DNA of 64,000 bases from Adineta vaga (taxonomy: Eukaryota > Animalia > Rotifera), in NCBI GenBank assembly GCA_021613535.1, contig CP075492.1, forward strand, positions 6,014,001-6,078,000, in the 5' to 3' direction. This document shows positions 25,406-38,323 of the stretch, one piece after another. How positions within the stretch are numbered: position 1 is the first letter of the stretch; every line of letters begins with the position of its first letter. A program made the position numbers and the translations under genes. The notes under the pieces are model-generated. The model ran no database searches and was not told the DNA's origin. It worked only from the letters and a program-made list of their open reading frames with translations.

Positions 25406-26626
25406 TTAGTCATCGATCATAGTGTCAATAGAAAAAAAAACTTTTTTTTCTTCTTCCTTCTTTCAATTAAATATGAAGAAATAGTTACCTTCCACGTCGT
25501 CAATTAATGACTCTTGCGTCGTTTGACGATGAAATCATCGCGATGATAAACGATTGGTTTTACATCAATTGTCAAGTACGAATAAAAATTAGATAACAAA
25601 TTTGTTCTTCGAAAGTTGACAAAGTTCGATAGAGGTCGTTAGTCATCGACTAGTATCGATCGCATTTACTTCATTGAATTGAATTATTTCGATGTGATCA
25701 ACGTGATTAGTAGTCAATACTATTGATATATTATTATTCATAATTCATTGTATTCATCATGAGTATTGGTACGTTCATTTGCATTACGCAAGTACAAACA
25801 ATTCGTACAGCGTGTACATACATATATACCCGAAATATATTTTGTTCTTTCTCCTATTCATCAAAACGCCTTTTTTTATTTCTTTCGAATATAACAAATT
25901 TGAAAATCAATTGCGTAATCATCGCCAAATGTCTACTCCAGTCAGTTACATTTCTTTTTTCTACACTATAATTATACCAACACGCAAACAATTGCTGATC
26001 TAACTTTTAATCATACTGATATTTGATCTATTAATTGTTCACACTAGAATAGAATTATTCTGCTGGGAAATCATCATAAACATTTGAGAACTCCTCTCTT
26101 ATCTCCACACATTGATTATCAAACTTATTACTCTCTAGAAAAAAACACCATTGACCTTCATCACTATTAATAAAAAAATCGAACATTTTCAACTGTTTTG
26201 TTTTCTAACATGGCAATATAATGATGGTAGAACAGAGTATGAAATGTTATTTTTGTACTTCACTTCTTTGTTTTTGTCTGAAATACCGTATGCATATTCA
26301 CATCGAATGAACAAAAAGAAAATCTGATAGTTTTAATGCAATAAGCACGATGATACAGAGAAAGAAAAAAGAAGAAGAAGAAGAATAAATCATGATTAGA
26401 TCAATCGTCTTGGGATTTTGTTTTGTATAAAAGTGCGTTAAGAATAAGATAATGAAATAATAATAATAATGTAGTAGAAGAAAAAACAGTATTGACTAAT
26501 ATATATAAAAAGAAGGAACAAAAAGATGGTGAATCACACGAAAAGAAAAAAAAAACGAAATGTTTTTGGCTTTTCTTTGAATGATGAGATGATAAGACGG
26601 ACAAGAAGAAACATCATTAATTCGAA

Positions 26627-27092
26627 CTAATAACCACAAGTCTTCAAATATTCACCGATCTTATTGGTTGCGCTCACTAACATTTCGGGTTTTTGATTGA
26701 TACCAATTGATACAATATAAGCTACAAAGAAATTCAAGGAAACATAACGAAAAATAAGTTGATTTCTATAGGTTTACCTTGATTTAATTTCATAATAACC
26801 ATTCCATCAGCACCTTTTCGTAATATAGCAAAATTGTCTTGATTACGAATGAAAATATATTTTTCGCTATTCACCATAATGCCGGTGGGTTGAGCGGAAA
26901 ATGCTTTGGAAAAGTCGTCTTTGATATTATCAATTGTCTAGAGAAAGAATTTCATTCAAGAATTTCAATCTAGTGTTGACTTACTGGAAAGCTTGCAGAT
27001 GCAGCCCATTTAGATCCATCATGACCAAATATTCCGGCATGTGTAATGCCTTGACTTGTCAAATTTGTTATGTAGTCAGTCCAGCCTGCCAT
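26627..27092 (-). CDS. Profilin (3 exons, 120 aa; absent from the ORF track)
   Basis: Exons 27092-26985, 26937-26778 and 26721-26627 give MAGWTDYITNL..HAGIFGHDGSKWA...GIMVNSEKYIFIR...KIGEYLKTCGY*. Confidence 0.93.
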
Positions 27093-28009
27093 GTCTTCTA
27101 TCTAACGGAATAGTGAATAAATTTTATTTGTTCGTATTTATCAATGATGATAATAATAAGACACTGTTGAGTGTTTGTTAACAATCTAGAAGCAAAAAAT
27201 AAATGTATAATGACTACAAAGAAAAAGTAGAGATAAGCAAGTGAAATAACAATAACAACCGTAAAAAAAGATAGTAGATGGTACTTCATGTCGTTTGAAA
27301 GTTATGGCGAATGATAAGGAAAAGAGAATCTGTGTACACAATGATAAAATTTTACATTATTCCTACGTGCACAATGAAAAAAAAAGGAGACAAAATACAT
27401 CGTGTTTTAAATAGATCGATGTGATTCATCGAAGGGTATTTTTTAAATTTTGAAACGACGAGAAAGGGAAGAAATTGTTTTGAATGATTTTTAGTAAATC
27501 ACATTCAACACAAAAAAAATATCATACTAAGAGTAAATAGTGTCGAGGTATTCATACCCTATGCATATGAAGAATATTTCGACATGCAAAAAAAAATCTA
27601 CCATATATGTTTTGCTTTTCGTCCTCTTCTACACTCGTGGCGACGGTGAATAGACATGTAACAATTGTAAAGATAACAAAATAAAAAAAAACTAATCGGA
27701 CATCGAATAGAAACAGCTGGCTGTAAACGATGAATCATGAAAGCGACATCTATTCGTATGAAAATTGCTATGAATGAAATCTGATTTTTATTTATTGATA
27801 GATTTTTAAGAAAAAATATTTGTCAAAAGAAAAATTTCAGACTATGAAATCATAAATTTAATTGGTTCTCCAATTGAATTTTGAACCATCCGCTGTCTGC
27901 ATGTATGCCTCTTTTCTCTTTCCTATTGATTTGAGATATTTATGTTTAGTTTATTCTTTTCTACGGATTATTGACAAATTGCTTTGTTTTTAAGAGAAAT
28001 AATATAGAA

Positions 28010-31000
28010 ATGGATCTTATTCCGGTAGTTGAAGCACTTCAAGCTACACTTTCACCTCAATTACGTAAACAAGCCGAAGAGAAACTTACTCAAGTAGGAT
28101 TAGATTTTTGTTTCCTAGAATTTTTTTTTCTTTTCATTGATCTTTAGATCTGCAAAACAACTGGTTTTCTCCCATGCCTTATTCAAATTATTCTCAATGA
28201 ACAATGTGATATGGGAGCTAGACAAGCTGGTAACAAAACTTGAAAGTTTTATACTCGAAAAATCAAACGTTCTCATTTCCTAGGAGCAATTTATTTAAAA
28301 AATCATGTCAATACTTATTGGTCGGATTATAATGAACCAAGTGTAGATCCAGATATAATTACTTTGGCAAATGCAGTTAGTGCTAATATTAGTCCAGCAG
28401 TTGGTGATAATACACAAAAATTATTTGTTATCTCCGATCCGGATAAAGAATATCTTCGAAATGTTCTTATTGATGCTATTATACGTACTAAAGATCCATT
28501 GAGGTAAATAACACTTATCTTTCTATAAATAGAAAAAAAGAAATCTTTTCAAATTCAGATGTCAATTGATTACAGCATCTGGCACAATGATAAAAAGTGA
28601 TTTTCCATCGAAATGGCCACAATTTATCAATCAAATCCATACATGTCTTTCGACGGATAACATCGATGCATGGGAAAGTGCACTACTTGTGTTCTATACA
28701 CTTGTTCAACATTATGAGTATGCATTATTCAATTGTCAAGATGAAAACAAAAACCATTTGATATATTTTCATTTCAAATTTAGATACAAGAAAACGGAAG
28801 ATCGAGGTCCAATGGATGAAGTGATGAATATCGTTTTACCACATCTTCATCAACGTTTTATGCACTTATTTGCTCATAATGATTCCGATCAATCAGCACT
28901 TATACAAAAACAAATCTTAAAAATCTTTCATTCATATACACAAGTATATCTAAATCATGAATGTTTCATTTGAGAAAAAAGGATATCTTTTAGCTTCATC
29001 TAAATTTTCGTGTATTACCAACACAAACAATGGCTACATGGCTTGATACATGTTGTGCAATGCTTGAACGACATTTACCTGAACGATTAAATGTACTTGA
29101 TGAAGAAGATCGACCAGAACATCCATGGTGGAAATGTAAAAAATGGGCATTACATATTCTTATTCGAACATTTGAAAGGTTTGATATTTGAATGAATATG
29201 ATTGAGATAAGAATTTTATTTTGAATGTTTAGACATGGATCACCAGCAAATTTACCTAAAGGTCAATCACCGGATAGAATTGAATTTGCAAATTTCTATC
29301 TAAAAGGTTTTTCCGGTATGAATCAATCGATTTCTCGTTTGAGATAAAGAGTAATAGAAGAGAATTTGTCTTTCTAGGAAAAGTTATTGGTCTTGTTTTT
29401 GGTATTCTTGAAGCTTATAGACAGAAAGTTTATGTATCACCACGTGTTCTACAACTTTCATTGAACTATTTACGTGAAAGGTAATTTTTTGTGATAAACA
29501 AATCAATAATATAGAAGAAAAAAACAATTCTTATTTTTAGTGTTCGCCATGCATTTTCATGGAAAATTATGCAAGATCATGTTGTTGTACTTATACAAGA
29601 TATTATTTATCCACTATTATGTATTAATGATGATGATATAGAATTATTTAACGATGAACCAGTAGAATTTGTTCGTGCACGACTCGGTTTGTTACATTTC
29701 TTTGTTGTACAAATCTCTATACACATGATTTCATTTAGACATATTGGATGAATATGTTAGTCCTGTTTCGGCTGCTGAATTATTTCTTGCTGATGCTGTA
29801 GCAAAACGTAAAGATGTTTTAATGAAAACTGTTTCTTTTCTCGGCACCATAATCCATAATGATGGAATAACTATTAAACAAAAAGATGGCATTTTACATA
29901 TGTTAGGCGTTATCGGTAATGTTCTTATTAAGAAGAAAGCATTTGCAAATCAATTAGAAAATATGATTGTTCAATATTTATTTCCTGAATTACAAAGTCA
30001 AACAGCATTTTTACGTGCACGTGCTTGTTATGCATTGAGAAATTTTTCGAAACTTGAATATACAAATCCAGATAATTCAGTACGATGTTTAACATATTTA
30101 ATAAATTGTTTATGTAATGATGTTTCATTACCAGTTAAAGTTGAAGCAGCCATGGCATTGAATTTATTCATGTCTGATACCGAAACGGGAGAGAAAGGCA
30201 AAGCAATTATTATTCCACATCTTCAAATAATTGTTATGCGTATTATTGAAATCATTCGTCAAACAGAAATTGATGATATGATGATTGTTCTACAGAAAAT
30301 AGTTGGATTATTTGATCAAGAATTACAACCCATTGCTGTACAAATGACCTCGCAATTAGTTGATTTTTTTAAACATGTTGTTTGTTCAGAGAATACACCA
30401 AGTGATGAAAGTAAAGCGGAAGAACGAACAGTTGCAGCAATGGGTGTATTAAATACGTTGGATACAATTGTTAGTTGTATGGGAGAAAAACCAGAACTTT
30501 TATCACAAATTGAACAAATTATTTATGAAGCTATTCTTCTCGTATTACGCGATGGTATTCTTGATTTTTATGAAGAAATTTTAACATTAATTGATACATT
30601 AACTATAAATACAGTCAGTCCGTTAATGTGGCAAGTATTTTATTTAATTAAAGAAGCATTCTTTCGTGATGCAGCTGATTATTTTGCAGGTAAGATTATT
30701 TATAATCTTTTGAATTTGACATATTTATATGATAATTTGTTTTTCAAAGAAATTATGAATTGTTTACATAATTATATTGTTAATGATACACCCTCGTTTC
30801 TATCACAACCAGATCGAATTGAAACAGTTTTTGAAATGTGTAAACATGTTAGTAGACTTACAGATAATAAGATTTCATTTGAATGTTTTGAATATAGGTT
30901 ATTGTTAATGATTTGGGTGAAGATTCAGAAGCACATGCCGTGAAATTAATTGAAGTTATCATTCTTCAATGTCAAGATAATATGAGTGTTGTAAGTTGTT

Positions 31001-32191
31001 GATTGTATGAAAGAATCAAATGAAATGTTTTTCTTATTTTACTCAGGCACTTCCAGCAATCGTTCAACTGATTGCACAACGTTTTCAACGAGAAATTATC
31101 ACTAGTGAATTACGTCTTATGCTTCTTCAAGTTTTCATAGTTATTCTATGGCTTAATCCGGATCGATTTTTTCAAACATTAAATACTGTTGCAGCGAATG
31201 ATCCAAGTACTCAAACTGTTATAGGTAATTTTTTCAATCGATGGATGACTGATTCAGAATCATTTGCTGGTATTCATGATCGTCGTGTTTGTGCACTGGG
31301 CCTTTGTACACTACTTCGAATTGATGCGAAATACTATTCAGCAATATCAAATATTGTACCGAAGATTTTACCAAATTGTATTCATACATATCAAGGTTTA
31401 ATAAAAACTTATCAACACAATGAAGAAGATAGTGATGATGACTCGAATGATGATGATGATTCTGTACCGAGTGGTAAGAAAACAAGAGAAGGAAAAATAA
31501 GAGCGAGAGAGAGAGTTTTAATGATATTTATTTTTAGAAATTGATGACGGTGATGATGAGAATATTGAACATGACGATGATTTTCTAGGAAAACTGAAAG
31601 GAAAAGTATGTTTAGAAGTTTTAAAAAATGGTTTGATTATTTTCATTGGTATTTAGGTTCCTGACCATGAAATGTCTGGTGATGGAGTTGGAGATAATAA
31701 TGATGACGATGATGATGATGATGGCAGTGATTTTGATATTGATGAGACTGATCTTGAATCATATTCAACAATACTCGAAGTGAATGAAGATATTGATGAA
31801 TTTCAAATTTTTTGTCAATGTTTACAACGTAAACACAACTTTTAGAAGAAATTATATACTGATTAATCTATTTCTTGCTCTTTTTGTTTTGTTATAGAAC
31901 TTCAATCGGATACAACTGGTTATAATCAAGCATTATTACAAAACCTTACAGCCGAACAACGAACACAAATTCAAAATATAATTCATTATGCTGAAAAACG
32001 AAAACAAGAAAAAGGTAAGATAAAAGAGAAATATGCCCATAGAAAAATACCGCATGTTTAATTGATTTATAGAATCCAATAAACTTCGTGAAGCGGGTGG
32101 TTACAATTTTACCCAATCATCAATGGCTGGTCAACCACTTAATCTTAACTTCGGTGGTTCAGTGAATTCTCCATTTCAAAATTCGAAATGA
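28010..32191 (+). CDS. IPO7: Importin-7/8 (moleskin-like)
   Basis: MDLIPVVEALQATLSPQLRKQAEEKL, RQAGAIYLKN, DFPSKWP, WWKCKKWALHIL, QKDGILH, FLRARAC, GIHDRRVCALG, acidic tail and GGYNF. Many canonical introns. Confidence 0.95.
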
Positions 32192-32650
32192 TTTTTTTTA
32201 TATTTTTCTCTGTTTTCTTTTCTTTTTTTTTTTGATAACACGTATTACAAACATTAGTTTGACTATCGGTTTTTTACACACAAAGCTATATTGAAAAGTA
32301 AAATGCTACTTTTCTTAATTTGAATACGATGTGAGAGGGAGAAAGAGAAATACAATCTTTTTGCATAGTCGTTGTGTTCGTTACATGTATTTTGACTGTT
32401 AATTTTTGGTGACAGAACGATGTTTTGTTGGTTCTTTATTTAAACAAAAAGTTACAAGAAAAAATTCATTTGAAAGAAAAGCATATTTATTTCGATTATT
32501 TTATGCGAAAGAAAGACATTTAGTGATAAGATAAAGTTCTATGGGCTGAGTTTCTTCGAATTGTTTTACCAGTAATACTTATTTTTTACCAATTCTAGTT
32601 GTAATCATGCATGCAGTGAGCGATTGATCACATAATATCAGCGGTAAGCG

Positions 32651-35316
32651 ATGGATTGGAATACGTCATAGTTGTATCAACAGTTTGAGAACACAGCATT
32701 TAAGCGACGAAATAAAACTGTTGTTTGGTTGGATGACAAAAATAATGAAAACAACGTAGATTGTAAAAATATGATCGGACAGATACATCGTGTTGTGAGT
32801 GTCAGTCAAAGGTTCACTGATATCGACCGATGCATCGATTTTATTACCGAAAATCATTACAAAAATATTATTATGATTATCTCTCATGCAGCATATCAAA
32901 ATATTATCGCATTAATACATGATATCGCTGTAATCAGTAGTATCCTAATTTGGTGTCGCGATCAGAAGCGAGATGAAGAATGGACGAAGCAATGGTATAA
33001 GATAAAAGATGTTACTATGGATATTTCATCGATATGCAATTGTCTCAAACAAATAGCTCCTTATAAACCAGATGGTGTACCTATTAGTTTCGTACCTACA
33101 AATGAAGATAATATGTTTGATAAAAGCTTTTGTCGATTAGATCCGATATTCATTTATACCCAAATTTTGAAAGAGATTTTGTTAACTATTACCTTTGAGC
33201 AATATCAAATCAAGCGATTTATTGATTTTTGTTGTAGTTCCTTTAGTGATGATGATACAAGAATAGCTACTTTTAAACAAATCGAAGAAAATTATCATAC
33301 CAGAACTCCTATCTGGTGGTATACATCCAATAGCTTTCTCTATCAATCTCTGAATCATGCATTACGAGAATGGATGTAGACATGATCATTCGCATGGGTT
33401 TTTTCATCAATGACCTACATAATGATATTGAACGATTACATCAAGAAAAATCTGTTAATCATTCTCATGATGAACCTTTCTTACTTTATCGTGGACACGG
33501 TTTAGCTAAACGAGTTCTTAGTCAAATGGCAAAAACCAAAGATGGCTTTCTATCATTCAATACTTTTCTATCCACTAGTAAAAGACATGACGTGGCCCTA
33601 GCCTTTGCAGAAAGTACTCCAGCGGATCACAATTTTGTCGAGATTCTGTTCGTCATAAGAGTTGATCCATCTCAATCAACAACTCCCTTTGCTTCTATTG
33701 ACACTGTCAGTCATTTTTGTCATGAACATGAAGTTCTCTTCTCTATGCATACGCTTTTTCGTGTCACTAATATTAAGTTACTGGATGGAAGTGATGATAT
33801 ATTCGAAATTGACTTGATTCTAACTAGCCATGACGACAGAAATTTATGCGCACTTACCAATAGAATCAGAGAAGAACTTACGTCTAACGTTCAAGGGTGG
33901 CCTCGTTTAGCCGCAGCATTATTCAAAATGGATCAGTTCAACAGCGCAAAAGAAGTTTATAAATATTTACTTGCTCAAACAACAAATGAAATTGAAATGG
34001 CTTTCATTTATCACCAACTTGGAATTATTAAAAGTAAAGAAGCAAAAAATCAAAAACAAATAAGAACTACTACAATGACCTTCGAAAGTCATCAAGATTA
34101 TCCTTCTTCGAGTGATTCTCACTTCCATATACCAAATCAAAGCGTTGTTAATGCATCTTGTGAGTTAAAGGAACATCCGGAAGAACAACTTCTTCATCCC
34201 CATCCATCCCATATCGCTATGTTTTATAATAACCGTGGCAATATTCATCATGATATGGATGATTACATGAAAGCACTTTCATATTATGAAAAAGCTTTGG
34301 AAATTCAACTGGAATCGTTTCCTTTAAATCATGCCGATTTGATCACTTCTTACAATAATATTGGTGCAGTGCATCATGACATGGGCAGTTACCAAGAAGC
34401 ACTGGTATCTTACAGCAACGCTTTGAAACTTCTAATGCAATCTCATCTTTCTGATCATTGTAGTCTGGCTACTGCTCATAATAACATTGGAAATGTGTAT
34501 TACAATATGGGAAACTATTCGGATGCACTTTCAGCTCATGAGACAGCTCTGGAAATTCAGCAACAATCACTTAATTTCGATCATCCTAGTTTAGCTGTGT
34601 CCTACAGCTATATCGGTAATGTTTATCTCGCCACAGATGACCTTTCGAAAGCACTTTCGGCTTACAAAAAGAGACTGGTAATTCGTAAACGAACACTTCC
34701 TTCAAATCATCCTGATCTGACTGCTTCCTATACTAACATTGGTAACGTGTATTGTCGTACTAATGACCAGTCAAAAGTTTTGTTAACTTACAAGAAAAGT
34801 CTATTTATTTCTGAAAAATCACTTCCTCCGGATCATCCTGACTTAGATGCTTGTTACATTAAAATCTGTAGCACTCTTTCCAAGAACACTATGTATTTTA
34901 AGCGAAACTCACCCGACAAAAAAGATTATTGGATTTCACAAAAACTGTCTCTTGCAAGAAACAAACTCATGGACGATTTACCGAAGGAAATGTATCAAGC
35001 TTCTCTCCGCGAAAACGGTTATTTGAATGAAAATCTCATTCATTTGAGTCGTTTAATAATTAATCTACAATCATTCTATCCAAAACTTGATGATCTAGAT
35101 TTTACTCATAAAAACATAACTCGTGGATATTCGAGCACGACCAACTCTTCAAAAGCGTTTTCACTTTATAAAAATTCCAACAGCACTCAACCACATATGA
35201 TTTCTATCAATCATCCTACTCAGAAAGTTCCTGGCTTGAAGTTCAAGAAGCAGAAAATGACAGAAATCTTATTAGCTAAAGGCAAAACGAAAACAGAAAC
35301 CTTGTTACCACTATGA
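32651..35316 (+). pseudogene. ADP-ribosyltransferase (R-S-E type) + TPR repeat protein, disrupted by a frameshift
   Basis: Intronless. PIWWYT..FLY..LNHALR / MDVDMIIRMGFFI is split across frames at 33368-33379. Catalytic LYRG, FLSTS and EHEVLF motifs. 42-aa TPRs. In-frame TAG at 32669-32671, 6 codons after ATG 32651. Confidence 0.8.
34200..34870 (+). repeat. 126-bp-period TPR coding repeats (about 5 units, degenerating toward the 3' end)
   Basis: Repeated HP.LA.SYNNIG.VY..MG.Y..AL..YEKALEI units. Confidence 0.85.
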
Positions 35317-36734
35317 GGATATTGTTGAATTTTGTTAACCTATCTTTAAACGACTTATTGACGTCAAATTTTCAACTTTATATCACAGACTTAATTGATG
35401 CAGTTCGATTACAACTAAAATGTACTGTTGGATATATATTATTTCTCTGTTCATTGGGCGTACCTCCATGTTTTAAGAGAAAAGATCAGAGAATAAACGT
35501 TTTCTCGAGCTACGCGTTGTTTTTTCATACTGATTCATTTAGATAAAAGAACGTTATTTTTTTTATTTAATGTAGTTATTAGTATTTAATCAAAGGAATT
35601 GGATTCCTTTTTATGTTAAATTAAATATACTATTGCTCGATTTCAAGTCGATCGAAATGCTAAATTACGATGATATTATAAACCAATGCCTTTGGTTGTT
35701 GAATCATGTGAAATTTGTCAATTGATTGACGTTTCATTATTTATATTTAAATCGAGGACAAAGAAAAGCTGATACGATGATACATGGAATCTATAAATAC
35801 CGAAAAGAATTTCGATATTTTCTATGAAATGATTAGAAGTCTATGCGATGCATGTGAATAGTTCTCTCTTTTAGTTTTAGAAAAGAATGATCATCTTCTC
35901 CAAACAATTTTTCATTAAAGAAAAAGAATGCATATGTATATTGCCTCGCGATTGTATAGAAAATAGATGTTTACAAAATACATATATTCATACATTTTAT
36001 TTGAATAAGAAGTATTTTTTCGTTAAGTAATAAAATGACTATATTTTTAAACAAAAAATCTATTGTATTTAAGATGAATAAAAACATTTAAACACTTCTA
36101 TTTGATAATGGGTAAAAGGTATGTACGAATGGTATTTATTTATTCAGTACATGTGAACCTTGCACATACTAAAACATTCAGAACGTTCTGTTTTTGATGT
36201 TTAGCGATGTTCTCATCAATTCTGATTTTACTATTTCATCTTTAATAAAAATCATATAATAACCTTGATCATTTTAATTTCTTTTGCTTCTTTTTTTAAT
36301 CAAATTTTTCGAGACTTTTTTTCTTCATATTTTGATAAACCTACCATTTCGTCGCTTTTGCTCACTTCACCAGCATACATTTAATCCTCTTGAAATCTTG
36401 TTTCTTTTTCTATCAAGAAGTATTCATTTGTTCTTGTTCTACTATTTTTAGCATCATACTATTCTAACAATTGTCAAGTTACTTGACGCATTATGTTTGA
36501 TGGAGAGTAAAGACCACCTACACTGATTCTTCTCGATATACAAACATACACAAGAGAAAATTAACAGAACGAACAAAGTACAAAAAAAACATTAGAAATC
36601 TTAAAATTTCGTTCTTTTCAAATATATTTTATTATGCTGCATGCCAACTACGAAACCTGATCGACAAGTATAATTGACTGACAGATAATTACGTATAATT
36701 ATTGCCTATAAATTAATTAGTCACTCGCATAATA

Positions 36735-38218
36735 ATGCATGACATAAGTATATCTAGAGAACGAATTTTGAATTATATGTTTTCATAATATCGATTCAAA
36801 CTCTAATCCTAGATCAAACTGTTCTATTACGACCAAAAACGGTATCTGATGGAAGTCGGCCAACATCACGTTGGTCATCATCGAGATTAACAACAGCAAC
36901 AACTCATCAGTCAAATAATTCAGTAACACCATTGACTGTTTCACGAAAAAAATTACAACGACCTACACGAAATAGCCAACAAACATTTGCTAATATGACA
37001 AAGGCGAAACACGAAATGGAAGAGATATTCAAAGATTATTATACAACTAATACGAAAATCGATAAATTTAAACAAACAGTTACTGGTAAAAGCATTAATT
37101 GCTTGTTTTCATTTAAGAATTTCATTTTATTGTTTTATAGGAAAACGTCTTGTTAGTCCACGACAACCACCACCAACACCAGCACCTCCTCAAAATCCTT
37201 TTACAGAAACTTCATCAGATGTTTTCAGAGTTAAACATTGTGTTAGTCGAGAAGATATTAACCTAAACGATCGTCATCGTATGTATCAGTTTGTATTTCT
37301 CTATTTATAATGTCATTGATACTATTGAAGATTATGAATATCAATCGGTTATTAATGAATTCAATAAAGTACCACTAAATTATAAAGATCAAGGTGGAAA
37401 TAATGATAGTCCAATGATTATTCAATCAATAAAAATTCATTTATCAACAGCAGTAGATTCAATACCTTTGAATAGTAATCTCATTACTCCAAAAACTGTT
37501 TCACCTACTCGCTATGATGAATTACCACATGTCAAACTTGCGAATCATACTCAAGATAATTCAATTAATTCTCCTGTACAAAAGAATCCGAAACGAAGTA
37601 AAACAGCATATGGTCATCGTCCAATGTCATTCACAGTTTCATCTTCTATTCCTATAACAGCATATACTCTTGCAAATAATCGAAGAGATCAACTAAACTT
37701 ATCTCCATTATCAACATCCACCTCGAATTCTTCACAAGAACAATCATCACAACATGTTCTTACTGGTACAGCAATGACAACTCATCAACGACCATTAACG
37801 AGATCCCTACAACAGAATCAACGAACAAAATCAAATCTCTCATCACAACAATCATGTATCAAAATTAGGTTTGTTTAACATTCATTTTCAGAACTTTTCA
37901 ATCAAAGACAATAATGATCATTCTTACCGTTTTTAGTTCTTTTTCAAACGAATCAGATGTATCGGAAACTCCTGTACATATTGTAACGCAACCCATTGCA
38001 TCCATTCCATCCAAATGCAGGTAAAAAAGTACATACCTATTCCTCAAATATTTCACTGTTACATCTTTTCTAGTCGATATGTTCTTATTACATTTCCAAA
38101 ACTTCGTACTCGTCATAATATTCCTACATCTGTTGAACGTTTACTTTTACCTGAACGTTTTCCCGTTCTATTTCAAAATATTCTACAGAGTTCTGATCAT
38201 AATCAGAGTCAGAAATAA
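36735..38218 (+). CDS. Uncharacterized Ser/Thr-rich protein, multi-exon
   Basis: Exon chain through 36813-37085, about 37141-37279, ORF 37291-37878 and a last exon ending QSSDHNQSQK* at 38218. Start is uncertain. Confidence 0.55.
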
Positions 38219-38323
38219 AAACCATTCGTTCTTTTTTCCTATTTGTCACATTTTTTTTTTCAAAATAAAATTTAATTACAGAAAACGAATACCGGATAAA
38301 AACCTGAGCTATAATAAATTCAT

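Noticed and set aside
34200-34870. Periodic repeats considered as a CRISPR-like array
   Set aside because: They are degenerate 126-bp coding TPR units with no repeat-spacer structure, in a eukaryotic context
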